Assembly (NCBI GenBank): GCA_018814885.1
Contig: JAHIYU010000072.1
Span: 2,211 to 66,210 of the forward strand
Direction of reading: 5' to 3'
DNA length: 64,000 nucleotides
Source of the DNA: a bacterium
GTDB taxonomy: Bacteria; Krumholzibacteriota; Krumholzibacteriia; LZORAL124-64-63
In this document: one piece after another, positions 38,201 through 45,808 of the stretch
Position numbering within the stretch: the first letter of the stretch is position 1
Layout: every line of letters starts with the position of its first letter
The notes under the pieces: model-generated
Told to the model about the DNA's origin: nothing
What the model saw: the letters and a program-made list of their open reading frames with translations, nothing else
Database searches by the model: none
Made by a program: the position numbers and the translations under genes

Positions 38201-39986
38201 AGCCGAGCAGCTCCAGGGCCCGGGGGTGGTTGCCCTTCTGGCGTTCGTCCTTGCCCATGCGCTTCAGCACGTCGGCCACGTCCCACCACTCCTCGCGGGC
38301 CTCGTGCACGGCCAGGGCCGACTGGTAGCGCTCCCGGGCGCTCGCGGCGTCCCCGAGCTGCCAGTAGATGGACCCGAGGTTGGTGTTGGCGATGGCGAGA
38401 TCGCGGTCGGCGCCCAGTTCCGTGTAGATGCGGACCGACTCCAGGCGCTCGTCAACGGCTTTCTGCAGCTCGCCCAGGTTCCAGAAGCCGTCGCTCATGT
38501 CGTCGTGGGCCGCGGCGACCGTCGCCGCCCAGTCGAGTTCCTCGGCCACGTACAGCTCGAGGGTCCAGGCGTCGATGGCCTCGCGGTAACGGCCGACCGC
38601 TTCGTAGGCGTCGCCCAGCTCGGAGAAGGTGCCGCACCGGCGCTGGATGTCCATCAGGCCGCCGCGACGGGCGAAGAGCTCGGCGGCCGCCGTCAGGGCC
38701 GCCGCCGCGGGTTCGGTCCGGCCCAGCCGGGTGAGGCACTGGCCCGCGCCGCGCCAGGATTCGGCGGCCTCCGGGTCGACGAGGGTGTCCTGCAGGGCAC
38801 CGTAGTGGTCCAGGGAGGCCTCGTAGCTGGCCAGGGCCTCCTCGTATTGCCCGTCGCTCTGCAGGACGTTGCCCAGGTTGTTGTGGGAGACGGCGCGGGA
38901 AACGGAGCCCGGCTCCGCGGCGGCGATCGCTTCCCGCCAGCAGCTTATGGACGCGCTCCATTCCTCGCGTCTCTGGTGCAGGTTCGCCTTGGCGCTCCAG
39001 TAGAGGTCCCAGAATCTTGGCACGTCGACGGCCTCGGCCAGCACGCCCATGGCGTCGATCACGGCCTCCTGTTCTTCCTCGCGCCACTCGGACTGGAAGC
39101 GCAGCGCTTCGGTGTACCACTCGTCGACGATCATCAAGTCGAGGGTGAAGTCGCGCTGCGCCGCCAGGTAGGCCAGGGCGTCCCCGCGCGCCATGTTCCG
39201 GGTCGCGTCCAGCAGTTCCAGCGACGAGGGGGGGGCCTCCGACAGGACCCAGTCGGCGAAGCTCTCCTCGACATACACGTTCCGCGCCGTGTACCAGCCG
39301 AAGTAGGAGGCCACGTACAAGAAGAAGATGCGGATGTCCTCGGGCGCGGTTTCGCCCATGACCTGTTGCGTGGTCTTGCCGGCGTAACGCCCCTGCTGGA
39401 GGGCCGCGTAGGCGTTCGGGTACTCCTCGACGGTCAGCCGCGCAGCCAGTTCCCGCACCGCGCGCGCGCAGGTGTCGAAGGTGCGCGCGTCGGGATCGTC
39501 ACCGGTGTCGGCGATCACGTCGTGATAGTCGAAGAGCACGTTCTGGTCAAGATCGTGGAACACGATGGCCTTGCGGGCTATCTGCCAGGTCAGGTAGTCC
39601 CGCTCGGGGCGGGGGCGCTCGAGACGCATCTCCACCACGTCGCCCAGGCGGATGGTGTCGCCCTCGGCGGGAAAGAGCAGGACGACGGAGACCGTGTCGG
39701 CGACGGCGGTCAGCTCCGCCTTGCCCACCACGCGGGAGCCCGTGTCGGCGGCGCCCCGGTAGACGTCGCGCAGGCCGCCGAGGACCACGCCGTGGATTTC
39801 GCCGACCTCGATCAGGCCGAACAGGCCTTGCTCGTCTGGCTCCAGGTAGGTGATGGGGATCATGATGTCGATCTCGAAGGTCGCGACATCGTCCCCGGCG
39901 ACGAGGCCGGCAGCCGGCAGGCAGGTGGCGAGGGCGACGAGCCAGGCAGCTGCACGTTTCCGGAGATCTCGTCCGCCAGCGATCAT
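35250..39986 (-). CDS. Giant TPR-repeat protein with C-terminal CHAT (caspase-HetF-associated) protease domain and N-terminal signal peptide
   Basis: Start at the Met of MIAGGRDLRKRAAAWLVALATCLPAAGLVAG; ATGA overlap with the upstream caspase gene. More than 15 TPR-like units (...NNLGNVLQSDGQYEEALASYEASL...). C-terminal CHAT blocks HLATHG, LAVLSACETAVGD, HPYYWAPFILIGNW. Confidence 0.8.
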   Translation of the reverse strand: MIAGGRDLRKRAAAWLVALATCLPAAGLVAGDDVATFEIDIMIPITYLEPDEQGLFGLIEVGEIHGVVLGGLRDVYRGAADTGSRVVGKAELTAVADTVSVVLLFPAEGDTIRLGDVVEMRLERPRPERDYLTWQIARKAIVFHDLDQNVLFDYHDVIADTGDDPDARTFDTCARAVRELAARLTVEEYPNAYAALQQGRYAGKTTQQVMGETAPEDIRIFFLYVASYFGWYTARNVYVEESFADWVLSEAPPSSLELLDATRNMARGDALAYLAAQRDFTLDLMIVDEWYTEALRFQSEWREEEQEAVIDAMGVLAEAVDVPRFWDLYWSAKANLHQRREEWSASISCWREAIAAAEPGSVSRAVSHNNLGNVLQSDGQYEEALASYEASLDHYGALQDTLVDPEAAESWRGAGQCLTRLGRTEPAAAALTAAAELFARRGGLMDIQRRCGTFSELGDAYEAVGRYREAIDAWTLELYVAEELDWAATVAAAHDDMSDGFWNLGELQKAVDERLESVRIYTELGADRDLAIANTNLGSIYWQLGDAASARERYQSALAVHEAREEWWDVADVLKRMGKDERQKGNHPRALELLGSALETFARDDWTADAAATELEIAEVYEGMGHPARSDSVYALALADYHRAGDTGGEAKVLEWWGYSLIGRKETAAARDKLETALALSEAAGNLGGQADIWRVLSNLYTGLDGDHEAGIAAAGRSLEIARSMPSKQHEAQALTMLATGLFNAGRIDDAFARMRAALDLFRETGDQAGIADSQTALGRLHAARGDYDEAVAAYSEAMAVAEAADLQGSVAGILSAMAWLQHLYGEEEIAFQTAKDAYDIYKEQDNDWALADLYNTLGSARGGQGLYEDSLGLYRLSLEIREAWGDPYGMAASHNNMGDVYRQLGDCETAVEHFREALEIGERIGYVDVMTITAGNLARCYHELGRTDEALDLIDRGLELARSVGVPPRIIDMHIFRADLLFELDELDEAATAIREGLTIAAPMGTTVATMKMGAKLGAVDWKRGRHAEAESRLREVIPQLREMRNPILLWEPLFYLGRIQRDRGEPEPAVDAFREAIDTLEQVRQGIEDEDVASGFQEKHGDVYRELVDVLMELGREEEAWEILGLMKSSEAREMGAGGPRLNDDDQALVDEAAGLRSHETRLVRLLREELARPVEQQRPELVTVWQTEIDSLKLHFHDFTRSLRRDHPQAYERLEVEPVSFNQLRRGLLVTEAFVEPVVLPDRIVVFVVRGDEDPLIYREVPVAQARVDELIREMRAGLEHPDDDWETARTARLAGMPAPPAERIDPSIPARELHALLIDPLAGDLIGVETLIVSPSGRLRYIPFAALYDGERYLLERYRLCVLTQAGTLTSRRPVPTDAALLAFGNPDSTLAGAELEVNELEEIWQPAPVTAVYGEDATKARLRDEVGTHNILHLATHGVLLNDRPEASYLVLAGEDDSARLTFRDIVLLELFDVDLAVLSACETAVGDHGEGKEIAGLAYNFEQTGAAAVIASLWMVNDESTSQLMTHLYRILHEGGTTKVEALRQAQLALRNSDDYAHPYYWAPFILIGNWR

Positions 39987-42052
39987 CGGTCCTCCTGTGC
40001 AGGTCCGTCGGTCACGATGAAGCTCACCGTGGCGGTGGCCCACTTGCCCGGCGCGACGCTCGTCGTGCTGCGTTCGCCCAGGGTAGCCGCTCGCAGCAGC
40101 TGTCCCAAGGGGGATTCGTCGTCGCGCGGCCCGGCGCTGCGGTTTCGTTCCAGGTCGCGGATGGCGTCGCGGTCCAGCAGCGGGCTGAAATCGGCGGGCT
40201 CGGCCGTGGCGATGGCCTTGAACATCTCGGCGCCGCTGGGTCCGTCGATGCGGAAGATGAACGGCGCCGGGATGCGCACCCACTGTCCGTCGGCGACGAT
40301 GCGGTTGTCCTGGACCCGCAGTCCGGGATAGGGCCACAACGGCCCGATCTCGCCCTCGCCGCGCAGGTCCAGCACCGTCACGTAGGCGTCCAGGAAGCCG
40401 GTGTTGCGCAGCTCGAGCATGACGTGGGTGCCGGCCGGTATCTCCCGGAGGCCGCCGTCGCCCGGAGGCAGGTCCAGGTCGCCGAGCACCTCCTGGGCGT
40501 AACCGGCGGCGGCGAGGCGCACTTCCACCGGCGCCAGGCGCAGCTCGATGTCCACCTGGGCGTAGGGATCGTCGTTCTCGAGGCCGCTGACGAACCGCCA
40601 GCGCGATTCGCCCTCCAGGGCGCGCGCGATCCTTGCGGACAGCTCCGGGCCCACCGGTGCGGCCGCCAGCTCCGATCCGTCCCGCCGCTCGAGGCGGATG
40701 GCGTCGCCCGTGGGGGCGTCGAGGCGCACGTCCCAGCGCTCGGCGGCGCCGGGTCCCGTGTCCAGCAGGGGCAGGTCGGAGAGGGTCTCGCGCAGGCCGT
40801 CCCAGGACGCGCTCGCGTCTAGGGCCGACAGGTCCACCTTGAGCCGATTGTCGCCGTAGCTGTGCTCGACCTCGATGGCCCGCGCGGCGCGCAGATCCTC
40901 GATCGATACGGTCGCCTCCGGCGCCAGGGCGAGCTGAGCGTAGCTGAGATCGACCCGCGAGACGACGGCCTCGGCCAGCGGCGCGGCCGAGGCGAAGTCG
41001 CGGGTGCCGGCGGGGAAGAGGGCGTAGCGCGAGTCGCGGGTGATCCCCTGCAGGGAGCCGGCCTCCAGGAAGACGCCGCCGCCGGGGTCGCCGGTGACTG
41101 GGATGTAGGCCGGCGGCGTCACGCCCGCGCCGGCGAAGAGCAGCCGGTCGAGCTCGCCTTCGACCTGGGGCGTCTGTCGCCGGTTGCGACGCAGCATGAG
41201 GTCGCCCATGCGCTCGTAGAGGTCGCGGTAGGTGGTCGCGGCGTCAGCCTCCTGCGCGGCGGCGATCAGGGCGTAGGTGAACAGGCCCATCACGTTCCCG
41301 TCGTCGTCCTCCGTCTCCGCGGCGAGCTGTCCCTGGCTGGTGGCCGATATCACGACGTAGCCCCTGGCCGCGGGGTGGCTGGCCGGGGCGATGCCGCTGC
41401 CGCCGTCCGGGACGCCATCTGTCACGGGCGGCCGCCGCGACCCGCCGTCGTCCCCGGGCCACGACTGGCCCCTGACGAGCATGCGCCCGGCGCGCGTGGC
41501 GGTGCCCGAGTAGCAGCAGTCGAAGGTCAGGGTGACGTTGCCCGGATGCTTCTCGCTCAGGTCCTCCAGCAGCCGGGCGATCTCGTCGTCGCGGATGTTG
41601 CGCGAGCCGTCCCGCTTGGACACGTAGTCCGACGGGACCAGCGACTCGTCCAGGCCGTCCAGCTCGTCGCCGTCGTCGTCGGGCACGGTGGTGCCGTGGC
41701 CGGAATAGTGGAAGTAGACGATGTCGTCCACGCCCGTCGGCGCGATCAGCCACGCGCGGAAGGCGCCGACGATCGCTTCGTGGGTGGTTTTCTCGGGCGC
41801 GGACAGGATCTTCACGTCGTCGGGGGAAAAACCGAAGCGCCGGGTGAGCATGGTGGCGATCGCCGCCACGTCGGCGCCGCTGTGCAGGTCGGCCATGTCG
41901 TCTGGCCCGCCCCGCTTGTACTGGGAGATGCCAACGAGCAGGGCGCGCTTGCCCGGCTCGGCGGCGGCGTGCGGGGGGAAGCCCCGCGCGACGGCGGCAG
42001 AGGCCGCCGTCGCGCAGGCCAGCAGGAAGATCGAGAGGCGACGCGTCTTCAT
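39983..42052 (-). CDS. Caspase-family (peptidase C14) domain protein with signal peptide and a ~400-aa C-terminal extension
   Basis: Signal peptide MKTRRLSIFLLACATAASAAVA. Catalytic dyad context YFHYSGHG (His) and FDCCYSG (Cys), as in caspases / metacaspases. Confidence 0.75.
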   Translation of the reverse strand: MKTRRLSIFLLACATAASAAVARGFPPHAAAEPGKRALLVGISQYKRGGPDDMADLHSGADVAAIATMLTRRFGFSPDDVKILSAPEKTTHEAIVGAFRAWLIAPTGVDDIVYFHYSGHGTTVPDDDGDELDGLDESLVPSDYVSKRDGSRNIRDDEIARLLEDLSEKHPGNVTLTFDCCYSGTATRAGRMLVRGQSWPGDDGGSRRPPVTDGVPDGGSGIAPASHPAARGYVVISATSQGQLAAETEDDDGNVMGLFTYALIAAAQEADAATTYRDLYERMGDLMLRRNRRQTPQVEGELDRLLFAGAGVTPPAYIPVTGDPGGGVFLEAGSLQGITRDSRYALFPAGTRDFASAAPLAEAVVSRVDLSYAQLALAPEATVSIEDLRAARAIEVEHSYGDNRLKVDLSALDASASWDGLRETLSDLPLLDTGPGAAERWDVRLDAPTGDAIRLERRDGSELAAAPVGPELSARIARALEGESRWRFVSGLENDDPYAQVDIELRLAPVEVRLAAAGYAQEVLGDLDLPPGDGGLREIPAGTHVMLELRNTGFLDAYVTVLDLRGEGEIGPLWPYPGLRVQDNRIVADGQWVRIPAPFIFRIDGPSGAEMFKAIATAEPADFSPLLDRDAIRDLERNRSAGPRDDESPLGQLLRAATLGERSTTSVAPGKWATATVSFIVTDGPAQEDR

Positions 42053-42066
42053 GACTGCGGCGATCC

Positions 42067-44226
42067 CTACGGCGACGGGGTCGCCCTGAGGGCCGCCTCG
42101 GGGTTCACCTTGCCGTGGCCCCACAGCTCGTTGGGCACCGCGCCGGTCTGCCGGTCGGAGGTGGCCGAACGAACGAGGATCTCTTTCACCGCCGCAGCGT
42201 CCAGTCCGGGATTCTTGTCCAGCATCAGCGCGACCAGCCCCGACACATAGGGCGCCGAGGCGCTAGTGCCCTCCCAGGCCAGGTGGAGGCCGTCGGAGGT
42301 GGTGTGCTCGCTGCCACCGGAAAGAGCCATCTCGCTGGCGGCGGCCTTGGCCGAGATGGCGAACCGGCCCGGCGCGACCAGATCGGGCTTGATCACGCCG
42401 TCGATGCGGTAGCCCGGGCTGCTGTAGTCCGAGATGCCGCCCAGTTCCAGGTTGTAACGGGTGGACGTGTCGCTCCAGTTGGTCCACTCGTTGCGGAAGT
42501 CGTAGGAGCCGACCGTGATCACGCCGTCGGCGTTGCCGGGCGAGCCGACCATCCGCGTGTGGACGGCGCCTCGCCCGAAGCTCGCCTGGAAGTACAGGGG
42601 CAGGTAGAAGTCGAAACTGCCGTCGACCACGTCCCAGGTGGTGCCGAAGGCACAGACCTGATAGCTGCCGGGCAGCACGGGCACGGCGACGACCTCGCGC
42701 TCGTTGCTGGCGTCGGCGAAGGTGATGGCGGCGAACCACTCGCTCAGATCGGTGGTCGCCAGGTTGTCGCTGACGACCATGCTCAGGGAGTCGTCGACGT
42801 TCTTCAGGTAGACCACGCCCGGATTGCCGTACTCGTCGGTCAGGAAGTTGTTCAGGCCGGCGATGGCGAAGCCCCAGTCGTCCTCGGCGTCGAAGTAGGC
42901 GTGGAGCTGTGTGGTTTCGCTGACGAAGAGCTCCACCGGGGCGCTCTCCACGTCCATCTGTCCCTCGGCGCGGGGGCCGAAGCGCCCGCTGGTGTGGAAG
43001 CTCATGCGGCCTTCGTTGCCTGCGGAGACGCAGATCACCACGCCGGGCTGCCGCACCAGTTCGTTGAAGAGTTGCTCCTCGGCGGCGTTGCCGTCGTGGG
43101 CGCTGCCGTGCCCGCCCAGGCTCAGGTTGATGACGCAGGGACGGCCCAGACCGCGCGCGGTCTCGGCGATCCACTCCACGGCCTTCACGTATTCGCTCTC
43201 GAAGGAGCCGTCGCCCGCGCGACAGATCATCAGGTCGGCCTCGGGCGCCAGACCCGCCCAGGTGCCGGCCGGCACGCCGTAGGCGGTGGCCAGTCCGTTG
43301 CCCGCGGCGATCGACGCGCAGGCCGTGCCGTGGCCCACCACGTCGACCGAGTTGCAGACGCCGCTGCCGGCGAGGGCGGCGTTCAGTTGATCCCGTGTGT
43401 AGAGGGTGCCCTGCTTGATATCGAGGTCCAGGCCCATGTATTCGATGCCCACCGGCGCCTCGTTGCCGATGGTGCCGCCGCTGTCGTCGTAGCTCGAATC
43501 CAGCATGTCCCAGAGGTACATGATGCGCGATTCGCCGTCCTCGTTCACGAAATCGCCGTGACGCCAGTCGATGCCGGAATCGACCACGCCGACGATGACG
43601 CCCTCGCCCGTCAGGCCCTGGTGGTCGAATCCGCCCTCGCCGCGCATGCCGAGCACCTTGTCGGCGAAGCTCGCCTTGGCGCGGGTCGGCGGTTCGGGAA
43701 TGCGCGTGGGCTTGACGACGTCGACGTCCTGGACGGCCTCGATGCGGGCCAGCCGCAGCAGACCCGCCACCGGCACGTCCGCCATCACACGGTTCCCGTG
43801 CACGCTGTACACGGCGATGCCGGCGTTGGCCAGGGCGGAAACGTCGTGCCCGTCCGCCAGGGCGATGGAGACCCGCACCAGCGGCTGGGGATCGTCGCCC
43901 GCGATGCCGAAGATGAGGTCCAGCTGCTCGTCGCTGTACGCGAAATCCGAAGGATTGCGCCTGTCCCCGGTGAACTGCGCGTAAAGATTGCGCAGCTCCG
44001 GCGCGAGCTTGTCCAGTTCCGACTCGCCGCGGGTCAGGAAGGGGGTGGTCTTCAGGGTGTCGGTGGGGTAGGGGAACCTGTCCAGCCCCTTCGCTCCCCC
44101 GGCGCAAGCGCTGTCGAGGGACGGCGACACCAGGGCGGCGATCGTCAGGACGGCCGCCGCGGCGAAGATCAATCCGCGCCTCCCGCCGGACGAACGATGA
44201 TGATTCGGCCTCATTGTCAACGACAT
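42067..44226 (-). CDS. Secreted S8-family subtilisin-like serine peptidase
   Basis: Asp motif VGVVDSGID, His motif VGHGTACASIAAG, Ser motif GTSASAPYVSGLVALM. AAGGAGAA RBS before ATG 44226. N-terminal signal-like hydrophobic segment. Confidence 0.85.
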   Translation of the reverse strand: MSLTMRPNHHRSSGGRRGLIFAAAAVLTIAALVSPSLDSACAGGAKGLDRFPYPTDTLKTTPFLTRGESELDKLAPELRNLYAQFTGDRRNPSDFAYSDEQLDLIFGIAGDDPQPLVRVSIALADGHDVSALANAGIAVYSVHGNRVMADVPVAGLLRLARIEAVQDVDVVKPTRIPEPPTRAKASFADKVLGMRGEGGFDHQGLTGEGVIVGVVDSGIDWRHGDFVNEDGESRIMYLWDMLDSSYDDSGGTIGNEAPVGIEYMGLDLDIKQGTLYTRDQLNAALAGSGVCNSVDVVGHGTACASIAAGNGLATAYGVPAGTWAGLAPEADLMICRAGDGSFESEYVKAVEWIAETARGLGRPCVINLSLGGHGSAHDGNAAEEQLFNELVRQPGVVICVSAGNEGRMSFHTSGRFGPRAEGQMDVESAPVELFVSETTQLHAYFDAEDDWGFAIAGLNNFLTDEYGNPGVVYLKNVDDSLSMVVSDNLATTDLSEWFAAITFADASNEREVVAVPVLPGSYQVCAFGTTWDVVDGSFDFYLPLYFQASFGRGAVHTRMVGSPGNADGVITVGSYDFRNEWTNWSDTSTRYNLELGGISDYSSPGYRIDGVIKPDLVAPGRFAISAKAAASEMALSGGSEHTTSDGLHLAWEGTSASAPYVSGLVALMLDKNPGLDAAAVKEILVRSATSDRQTGAVPNELWGHGKVNPEAALRATPSP

Positions 44227-44372
44227 GGTCTTCTCCTTAGCGATGTTCCAGGATCGATGGTTTCTGTCAGGCTAGCCGGAATCCAACATTTTGTCGTCCA
44301 TTTCTGTCGAACTGAGTGTTTAGCTCGTTTCCTTTCCGGCACTCGCGGGCGCGGGGCGGGTCTGGGACCGTC

Positions 44373-44389
44373 GATAAATTTGATTTATC
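44373..44389. promoter_or_regulatory. AT-rich perfect inverted repeat GATAAAT-ttg-ATTTATC in the divergent intergenic region between the S8 peptidase and the MFS transporter
   Basis: Read directly. An AT palindrome stands out in about 70% GC DNA. Candidate operator site. Confidence 0.3.
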
Positions 44390-44469
44390 ATGAACATGGC
44401 CGGTAAACAGGCCGGCCGTTGCCGAGTTCCCGCGTTGTGGACGGTCCGGCGGGATGCCATCTTACGGTC

Positions 44470-45798
44470 ATGCGCGACGAAGTGTCCCGGGAATCGCGCG
44501 AGGATGCGGTCCTCGCCAGCCTCACGACCCGCCGTTACCTGCTGGGCATGGTTTTCCAGGGGGTGTGGTGGGCCGGCTACCTGCTGTTCCCCTTCGTCCT
44601 CGCCAAGTCCCTGCACGCGCCCGGAGCCCTGGTCACCCTGGCGGTGACCATGGACACCGCCGGCATGCTGTTGGCCCTGTACTGGGGACACCTGATGGCC
44701 CGCCGCGGCCGGCGGCGCTGGCTCCTGCGGGGCGGTCTCGGCGGCCGCCTGATCCTGCTGCTGACGCCCCTGGCGACCACTCCCGTCGCCTTCGTGGCGC
44801 TCCTGGCGGTCGTGCATTTCTTCGGCTCGCTGGTCTATCCCGCCGTCAACGGCATCCTGCAGGCCAACCTGCCCGCGGACAGGCGGGGGCGGGTCTTCGG
44901 CCAGGGCGCCCTGATCCAGAACCTCACGACGGCGGCGATCAGCCTCGCGGTGGGCGCCCTGCTGGAGCGGGATGCCGGGCTGTACCGCGCGATCTTCCCC
45001 GTCATGGGCACGTCGGGCTTCGTCTACCTCTGGATCCTCAGCCGCCTGCCGCGGCCCGCGGGAGATACCGCCGTGGATCCGCCGGCGGGCTTCGCCGACA
45101 TCTTCACGGTGCCACGCCTGCCCCTGGGACCGGTCCGCTGGCGGAGGCTGGCGGCCGCGCTGGCGACTCCCTTCCGCCAGGCGCTGCAGACCTACCGGGA
45201 GGACCGGGCCTATCTCTGGTACGAGATCAACTTCATGATCTACGGCACGGCCTTCATGATGCTCAATCCCGTGGTGCCGCTGTACTTCACCGAACGCCTG
45301 GATCTGGGCTACGCGCAGATCACCAACGCCCGCGTCCTGATCGCCTCGCTGGGTGTGGCGGTACTGGGCCCGCTGACCGGACGCCTCATGGACCGCTTCC
45401 ACCCGGTGCGTCTCTGCACGATCGCCTTCGCGGTGCTGGTCCTGTATCCGGCGGCCCTGGCCCTCGCGGGCCGGTTCTCCGTCCTGTCGCCGGCGGCGGC
45501 GGCCTATCTCGCCTTCGGCGTCTACGCCCTAGGCATGTCGGGGGTCAACGTCGCCTGGCACGTCGGATCGATCTCCTTCGCGCCGCCCGGTCAGGGGGGA
45601 TACTACCAGGGCATACACGTGACCATGGTGGGCGTGCGCGGCGTGGTCGGACCGCTGGCCGGGTACGCCGTGCTGAGGCTGCTGGGCTACCTGGAGGTCT
45701 TCGTCGCGGCGGCTATCTTCTTCCTGCTGGCGTCGTTCTCGTCGGTTTTCCTGTGGCGGTGGATGAAACGAGCGGCGGACGCGTCCGGCGAGGTCTGA
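44470..45798 (+). CDS. MFS transporter
   Basis: Twelve predicted TM helices. MFS-like loop motif GHLMARRGRRRW between TM2 and TM3. Confidence 0.7.
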   Translation: MRDEVSRESREDAVLASLTTRRYLLGMVFQGVWWAGYLLFPFVLAKSLHAPGALVTLAVTMDTAGMLLALYWGHLMARRGRRRWLLRGGLGGRLILLLTPLATTPVAFVALLAVVHFFGSLVYPAVNGILQANLPADRRGRVFGQGALIQNLTTAAISLAVGALLERDAGLYRAIFPVMGTSGFVYLWILSRLPRPAGDTAVDPPAGFADIFTVPRLPLGPVRWRRLAAALATPFRQALQTYREDRAYLWYEINFMIYGTAFMMLNPVVPLYFTERLDLGYAQITNARVLIASLGVAVLGPLTGRLMDRFHPVRLCTIAFAVLVLYPAALALAGRFSVLSPAAAAYLAFGVYALGMSGVNVAWHVGSISFAPPGQGGYYQGIHVTMVGVRGVVGPLAGYAVLRLLGYLEVFVAAAIFFLLASFSSVFLWRWMKRAADASGEV

Positions 45799-45808
45799 CG
45801 GGTCCCGG

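Noticed and set aside
35217-40331. 1704-aa ORF on the plus strand spanning the whole TPR-CHAT gene
   Set aside because: The translation is low-complexity (G/A/R/V/D/L-rich) with no motif. It is the antisense shadow expected when a 70% GC gene keeps GC-rich third positions. The minus-strand frame gives clean TPR and CHAT signatures plus a signal peptide.
42115-44406. ORFs 42115..44406 (plus) and 42263..44107 (minus) overlapping the subtilisin gene
   Set aside because: Alternative frames of a GC-rich gene. Only the 42067..44226 minus frame contains the D / H / S catalytic triad motifs.
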